Part shown: positions 56,792 to 64,000 of the stretch, one piece after another
How positions within the stretch are numbered: the first letter of the stretch is position 1
Layout: every line of letters begins with the position of its first letter
Assembly (NCBI GenBank): GCA_013239625.1
Contig: MU055549.1
Location: 496,001 to 560,000 of the forward strand
DNA: 64,000 nt
From: Lama guanicoe
Lineage: Eukaryota
Reading direction: 5' to 3'
Notes under the pieces: model-generated
The model's database searches: none
What the model was told of the DNA's origin: nothing
The model's input: the letters and a program-made list of their open reading frames with translations, nothing else
Made by a program: the position numbers and the translations under genes

Positions 56792-59759
56792 GGTGGGTCC
56801 CAACCCCGGGACGGCGGTGCACGGACAGACCCCATGAGGCTGTCTCTCGGCTCCCCGGCTCCCAGCCAGGGGCGTTGGGGGACATGACTGGTCTTCCAGC
56901 TTCCAGAGGGTCTCCCTCGGGTTTAGAATGGACACAGGATCCTGAGGGGCTGGTCACTCCCCGACTGCCCTCCGTCAGCCCCGTGCTGCCCACCCCGCCC
57001 TGGAGGTGCAGAGCTGTGTGGACCCTCCAGCCACGGCCGGAGGGAGTGGTGAGCACGGGGCTGGAGGAGGAAACCCCTCACTGGACGCACTGGAGGGGCC
57101 GCTCCCTGCATCTGCCCCACTGAGCTGCCCCAGCTGCCCATTCCAGGCAAACCAAGACCTTGGCTGGGCCCAGAGACACTGGGCAGGTCTGGTCTGGGCC
57201 GCGTGAGGCCCTTGGGGCCCCCGCACCCTCGATGCCTCGGCGGAGCTCCCGGCCCAGTGGCAGCGCCACGCCCCACACGGGTGTGTCCCACTGGCCCCGA
57301 GGGCGGGTTTTATGGAAAACCTCAGGAGTAATGCACAGGAGAGAAGGAACAATTCTAGTTTACTGAACAATTCATTTTCTTGGGCAAAAGCCTTGCAGGA
57401 AAGGTAAGGGAATTTGGTGAAGGTGCTTCTAGCAATGGCCTCCTCAGAGGTGATGTGGGGCCCCCCGGAGAGCCCGCCCCACACAGGCTGCTGCTCCCAC
57501 AGTGGGAGGAACAGCTGCCACCTCCTGGGATTTGCCAGCTCTCAGCGCAGGAATCTCAGGGCCACTTGCAGACTGGTGAGCCCCGCTCCCTGGTGGGGGT
57601 TGCGCTGCCCCCACCCTGGGTGCGGGGGCCAAGTGTTGGGGGAAGTGTCCTCACACTCGGGCTCTGTCCAGAGACCCTCCTACTGCGCTCTGTCCCAACC
57701 CTGGGGCCCCGTGGGCAGGCAAGGCTCACCGTGTTCCAGTGCAGAGGGACCCCGCGCTTGGTCTGACCCTCTGCTCCCGCTGTCTCGACGGTCTTCATCA
57801 TTTTTCAACAAGGTCTCACATTTTCATCTTGCACCAAACCCTGAAAATTAAGCAGCCAGCCCTACTGGAAGGTCAGAGGGCCTGTCCTCCGGCCAGCGGG
57901 GCGTGGTGAGGGGAGAGACAGTGGGGGCGGGTGTGTGGGCAGGCTGGGCTGCAGGCACCCTCGACAGCAGCCCCTCCCTGCAGCTCTGTCACCACCCTGA
58001 GGAATCAGGGGACAGGAACTGCTCCAAGCTCCTCCGTCTGGCCAAGCGTGGGGCCTGGGCCGGCGTTCACGTCTCTCCAGAGCACAGACCCTGCACCTGT
58101 GGGAGGTGGGGGGCTCCCTGGTGCCACACGGTCAGGGCCCTGTCCATCTATCCCTGGGCCGGGGCCAGATCCCTGCCTGGCACATGGCGGCCTCAGGACA
58201 CCACTGCTGGATCTGGGGATGGTTGAAGCCGAGGGCCCTTGAAGGGGGACACAGGAAGGTCAGCCTGGCGGCCTCGTGCCTGTGCCCCTCCTGGCCCGCA
58301 CCGCCCGCACCGCCGCACTGGAAAATGTCCGTTGTCACAGCTGCTTTTCATGTATAACTAGTTTAGAATCAACTGTCAAAAGTGACTCCTACACCTAGGC
58401 TGTCAAAAGCCTTCAGCCCCAGGAAACTCTCAGCGAGCAACCCCACGTCCGTGCTATCGGCACTTTTCACCAGGAGGTTTCTTTGTTTCTGCTCCGAGGC
58501 AAAAATGATCCTTTACAAACCTCCCTCAAAAATGTTTTGAAAGCAGAGCCTATGAAATGCACACCCAGAGAAAACCGGAAACAAAACAGAAACGAAGAGA
58601 CCACGGCCGAGCGGCACCCGCTCTCTCCCTGAAGACCCGGGGTCGTTTCCTCCTGGGCCGCGCCGGTGAGGACACGTGCTCCAGCACGACTCAGGCCGAT
58701 TAACGCTCAGGCTCCACAGCTGCGAACGCCCGGGAGGGGCCCCGGCTCGCCTGCTCGCCCAGGTGCTCTCGGGCTCTGGAGGCAGAGAAGGCGGGTGGGG
58801 GGTCCTCCTACGGGAAGACCCTCAAGTATCAGCCTCGGGTCGAGGGGCTTCAGGCCGCAGGGACGAAACTGTGGAGGGCGTCAGGGTCTTGGAGACGTCG
58901 GCGAAGCGGGGCCAAAACCCTCACAAGTACGCGATGTTAGGAGGAGATTATTTTCCATGAACAACCTGGATACACTCAGCAAACCAGGCTGGACTCTGAC
59001 CTTCGTTTGGTTTGGGAGGGTCAGCGGCTGGTGGCAGACACGGGGGCCACGCTGGGTGGCTGAACCGTCCTTCCTCCAGAGAGCTTGGGGGCCACACCCA
59101 CTTGCTGCCAGAGGGCCCAGATGCTGGGGCAGAGCCCGAGTCACTCCGCTTGGCAGGGACCCGGCACACCCTCTGGTGTTGGCGTCGCGTCCTGGCCTGG
59201 AGCTCTAGGCGGGGACGTTGCTCTTGTCCCGAGACCCACACGCGGGCCAGTTTGGCCCTGGTCTGGACGGGGAGGCAAAGTAAAGGGACCCTAAGAGCTT
59301 CCACACTGTATGTTGGTGTGAGGCTGTTTACAGAGAGGATCGAAATTCACCTGTTGTGCTCAGCTCTGGGTGAGGACGACCCCAGGCTGCTCTTCGGCCA
59401 CCCCCCAGCCCTGCCCACCGCCTACCCCCCAGCCCTGTCCACCGCCTTGGGCTTATCTAGGTGATCTGACCATCTGGAGCCTCTGGATCCCAAAGTACCC
59501 TTGCTGGAGAACATTGGATGCTGGTGACCCAGCCCAGAGGACACAGGCCAGACCTTGGCCTGGTGACCCGTGGAAGCCCGGTTCCTGTGGCCACTCAGCT
59601 ACTGCGGGGCTAAAACTGCACACATCAGAGCTGCAGATTCACAGAGCCCGAGACGGGGTGTGGGGGGGCATCAGCGAGGGAACCTGGAGGAAGGGAGGGA
59701 CACTGCGAGTGACGGACAGACCTTGCAGAAGTGGACAGACAGTGTGGAAGCACAGAGAC

Positions 59760-60910
59760 ACGTCCTGGAAAGGAGCAGAGTTGGAGGACCCACGCTTCCC
59801 GATTTAAACCCTAACTGCAAAGCCACGCTTGTCCAGACCCTGGTTCTGGCACAAGGACACACGCACGGATCAGTGGGGCGGAGCTGGGAGTCCAGAAATA
59901 GACCCTCACGTTCACCGTCAGCTGATTTGCAGCAGAGGCACACGAGTAATTCACTGGGGAGCGGACAGTCGTCTCAACATGTGATGTGGGGGCAGCGGAC
60001 AGCCACATGCAAAGAGACAGATCTATTTAAACAAGATGGGCTTGATCAGAATGGACCAGAGGCCTGAACAAAAGAACTAAAATTATAAACCTCCTAGAGG
60101 AAAACAGAGGAGTAACACCTCGTGCCTTGGGTCAGGCAATGATTTCTTAGAAACAACACATAAGCACAGCAATTAAAGAAAACACTGATGGATTAGATTT
60201 CAAAAAACACCGTAATGAAAATGAAAAGGACAAGCCACAGAGGAAAGGGAATATTTGAAATCATACGTCTGATAAGGAACTGCATCCAGAACATATAAGG
60301 AGCTCTTACGACTCAGTGATGGTACGACAACCCAGAGAGTGGGTGAAACGTTGAAGGGACGTCCCATCAGAGAAGACGAAGGAATGGCCGGTAAGTGCTC
60401 TACAGACGCCCCCACGGGGCAGGGCGAGCCGTGAGTCGGAGCCACGGGCCGCAGACGCCCTGGGAGGGGTGCGCGGAGGGAGACAGACGCTGACGGCGCC
60501 GGGAGGCTCGGGGAGCCTGGCGCCCGCCCAGGCTGATGGTGGGAGCAGAGGTGCTGCAGCCGCTTGGGAAAGCCGTCCGGAGGCACCCTAAAAGCTCCCA
60601 CCAGGCTCCCCTTCTGACCACAGCTCCACTCCCGGAAATCTGTCCGAGAGGAAGGAAGGCGCACGTCACACGCAGACCCGTGCCGTGGTCCCAGCAGAAA
60701 GCAGGAGCCACGCGGTGTCCGCACCGACGAGGGGTCCATCGCACGGGGGGCGTTCGGGCCCCGGACACATGGACGGGCCCTGAAGCACGGTGCTCGGGGA
60801 GAGAAGCCCCCGCCGTGTGACCCCATTTCTAAAAAGCACGTCGACCAGACAAGCCCCCGAGACAGGAAGTGGGCTCACGCTCACCGGGCTGGTGGGCAGG
60901 GGCTTGCCTG
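59760..60910 (+). mobile_element. Ancient L1M (L1MB-like) ORF2 3' part and 3'UTR, strongly GC-shifted
   Basis: gagttggaggacccacgcttcccgattt; gtccagaaatagaccc; aaacctcctagaggaaaac; ggcaatgatttcttag; tctgataagga; cagctccactccc. Confidence 0.85.
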
Positions 60911-61107
60911 CCAGGGGTGTGGAGGGGCCCTGCAGGGAGCCCTGGGGGGAGAGGGCCCCCGGGCCCCCTCTCCCACCCTCCACCCTGACCGACCATGGCT
61001 TCTCCCCCTCCGGGTCCAGGCCAGGCCCTGCACAACGGCTGTTTACTGCACAAATGAGCCAGAAATTCTCGATGGAAACAACAAACACACAAAGTCAGGG
61101 TGTGCGG

Positions 61108-61291
61108 GACACAGAGACAGACAGAGAGAAACAGGGAGACAGAGACAGAGAGAAACAGGGAGACAGAGAGAAACAGGGACACAGAGACAGAGAGAAACAG
61201 GGACACAGAGAAACAGGGAGACAGAGAGAAACGGGGAGACAGAGACAGAGAGAAACAGGGAGACAGAGAGAAACAGGGAGACAGAGACAGA
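61108..61291. repeat. Purine-rich tandem repeat (GAGACAGAGAGAAACAGG)n variants
   Basis: 18/24-bp periodicity visible directly. Confidence 0.92.
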
Positions 61292-64000
61292 ACGAGCAAG
61301 CCACGAAGGCCCACCTCGGCGCCGTCCCCTGCTGCCCAACACGTTTCTCCCCGTTCTGTCCTCAGGCCGAGACCCCGTGACAAACACTTACGTCTCCACA
61401 CAGGTCTCCCTGAAACAGCTGCGGGCTTGTCTCCTCCCTTGGTGTCCACTGTTAGCTGGACCCCCTGGAGCTATGTTTCCCCCAGAGGACTGACAGCCTG
61501 AAACCCCCTTAGAACTGAAGTGAGGGCTCCGAGTGGCCCCCTCGTTTAGGGGCGGCCAGGGTGGGAGCTCAGCTGCCCCAAGTCCACTTCTCCTTCTTCC
61601 GTAAACGTGGTGTCCCCTTTCCTTGTTCTCAGAGTATCTTTCGGGGTCCCGCTTCCCGCCTGGGGTCTGCCTCTGGGCAGTGCCCTCACTGGGGGCGGCA
61701 GCCGCCCCCACGTGGACCGGCGGCCCCTCGCAGGCTGCGCAGCAGGCGCCCGGGGAGCTCCTGGGCCTGCCGGCCCCTCTGCGAAGAACCTGGGGCGGGG
61801 CGCGTGGGGCCCTCCTGCTGGCAGTGCCCCCCCGCCCCCCTGGCTGGCCCCTTCGGCAATTTCCTGCCAGAGGAAGTGGCCCGGGCAGAGGACCACAGCC
61901 CGCGGGTGAGCCTCACACACCTCCCCTCCCCACACCTTGGGGTTTTAGAGACAGACCTCTGCTCCCTCGGGTTTCTCTGTTCCAAGTAATCTAAGCAAAT
62001 TTAGCGGCATGTCACCAGGCCTCCTCGCCTCTTCTCAGTGTGTTGGAGTTTGGGTTCTTGGTTCTGCCCAAGAAACCAGGGTGTGAGGGGCTCCCGCCTG
62101 CAGCGGGCCTGGTGCCCACACAGGCCGTCCCCGTGGATGCGGAGGGGACACGTGACATGGGTGTGCAGGGGTCTGGAAACGTGACTTCCACCTGCAGCTG
62201 CCCCTGTGTCCCAGACCGAGGGTTGTGGGTGGACACCGTGCAGAGCCCAGAGCAGGGGTCGGCGGGGCTGTGGTCTGAGAAGCTCGGCTCGGTGGGGCCA
62301 GAGTGTGCGCCCCGCAGGTCAGAGAGCGTCCCTGGACGCAGGGGTGCAGGCAGGTCTAGCTTGGTGCCCAGCAGGCAGGCAGCCCCACCAAGGGCAGGGT
62401 GTCGGCCCTGCGGGGCTCATGCGGGTCCAGGGTGGTCACATCTTTCCTGAGGGGGTTGGCCGGGCAGGAGCCGCCCCTGCCCACCCGTCGCGGGGCTCAG
62501 GTCAGCTGTGTCCAGATCGGGGCTGCTGCTCCAGGGCCCAGCATTGGAGCAAAGGGGCCCACTTCCCACCTGCTCCTCGGAATCTCAGGGGCACCCTGGC
62601 CTGAAGCTGAGTGGCGGCTCTGTGAGCAGGGGTCCCGGCCGCTCGCTGCAGTGGCTCCTGAGACCCGCCCACCGCGGCCTGGGGCCCCGCTTGCTCCGAA
62701 ACACGTTGGAGGGTTCTGTCGGCAGACAGAAACATTCCCAGACAGCCGCCACGGCCGGCGCTTGGTCCGAACGCCTGCTGGACCTCAGTTCTGACCCCGG
62801 GATGGGGTCTGCTGGACACGCCGCTCAGGCAGGGGTCATCCGCGCTGGGCCGTGAGGACGGAGCTTCAGCAGCCCGCGGGGCTCCCGCATCTGAGGGTCA
62901 AAGGGAGACCAGTGTCACTGTGTGTGCTTTGCGAAGATCTCAGGACGAGGTGGGACGTCCTGAGGGAAAGCAGCTCGCCAACACGCTTCCCGACATGGCG
63001 GCCCCTCTCCCCGCTGAAGCCCGCTGGGTTTTTTCCGTTTTTTTTCTTTTTCTGATGACAAGCACTAAGTTGCCCATCTCTATCCATGGGTCCTTATTTT
63101 GGGAAACTTAACCACAGCTGCCGTGATTGGGAACAATTCTTCATCTGATTACAATCTGCGCGGCTTTGTTCCCGCGAGCTCTCCCCGCCCACTGGAGCAC
63201 CTGCCCCCGGCCGTCAGGCCCCGCGCGCCTCCCCTCTGACCCCTCTGACCCCACACACCTGGGGTCGGGTTTGCACGGGGTCCCTTGGGCTTCTCTCCTG
63301 GAAGCTGTGGTCTCCGGGGTGGGCAGGAAGGAGATGCCCCCGCCGCCCCTAGCTCTGGGCCGGACTCTGCGGTCACCCGGGCCCCTGGAATCCTCCCATC
63401 TGTGCCCTGGCCTCCGGTTCACAGCCTGGGTCTCACGGCCGTCCCCGCCCTGCATGAGGCCCCGAGGCCCCCAGTCCCTGTGCCCAGAAGCCTGGCCTTG
63501 ACCCCAGCCCCCCCCAGCCCCCCTCTGAGCAGCTTCCCAGCCAGGCCACCTCAGCCCCCACCTGTCCCCAAGGGACTGGAAGTCACTGCAACAGCCGTCT
63601 GCGGGCTGGGCGCAGGCAGGGCGTAGCGAGGCCCTGGTGGGTGAGCGAGTCTGGGTTGAACAGAGGAGGATGCCACCCCCCAGAGAAGGGAGAGAGACCC
63701 TGTCGCCCCTCCCCTGGCAGAGCCCAGGGCGGCTGAGTGGGCAGCACTGGGCTCCTTCCCAGGCTGGAACCCACAGGGCTCAGCCGTCCTTTGCCAGAAA
63801 TGTGAGCTGAGGCAGGGGCTTCCAGGGAGACGCAGCCCCCCAGGTGGCGGGGGCACAGTTGGCCAGCTCATCTGGGCCCCAGGGGGTGCTGTGGGGTGGG
63901 GTCCCTGAGCCCCCACTGCTGGTGAGTTGGCCAAGGTGGGGGCCAGGCCCAGTGGTCCCTGTGCACGAGGCCAGCCACCAGACACACCCAGGGGCTCACA

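Noticed and set aside
60790-61501. ORFs with DREKQG/ETER or SLSPCF repeats, and CV/HT-rich ORFs at about 49100 and 55600
   Set aside because: Translations of simple sequence repeats.
1-64000. Hundreds of 60-390 aa ORFs in the six-frame track (e.g. 13999-15168, 31202-32323, 43010-43993, 46961-48067)
   Set aside because: Pro/Gly/Arg/Ala-rich, overlapping on all frames, with no recognisable domains. This is expected from stop-codon scarcity at high GC.

Overview
This is GC-rich, CpG-rich mammalian DNA. A tRNA-derived SINE with an AAACCTAATTAC tail suggests a camelid. The left 15 kb holds the 5' half of ADGRA1 (GPR123, adhesion GPCR A1) on the minus strand: a first exon ending at 14831, an ATG-carrying exon (13973-14165) and three 7TM exons (7063-7190, 5889-6012, 1147-1292). 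The remaining exons lie left of the window. The other ~49 kb looks non-coding: old L1/L2/MIR/MLT/MER repeats, tandem repeats, AT-rich enhancer-like islands and one 31-N gap. Main finding: mammalian ADGRA1 is known as the adhesion GPCR that lacks a GAIN/GPS domain, yet its two 5'UTR exons here are recognisable, frameshifted fossils of the GAIN C-terminal exons. They keep a phase-1 junction that rebuilds ..FTKI-D-G.., and they contain a GPS motif (W..EGC..CSHL/SDFSVLM) that is still in frame with the receptor. The start Met is the Met of the old Stachel-type FSVLM motif. The leader also carries several uORFs and possible routes to a GPS-bearing N-terminal extension. Paralog and repeat comparisons are from memory; no searches were run.
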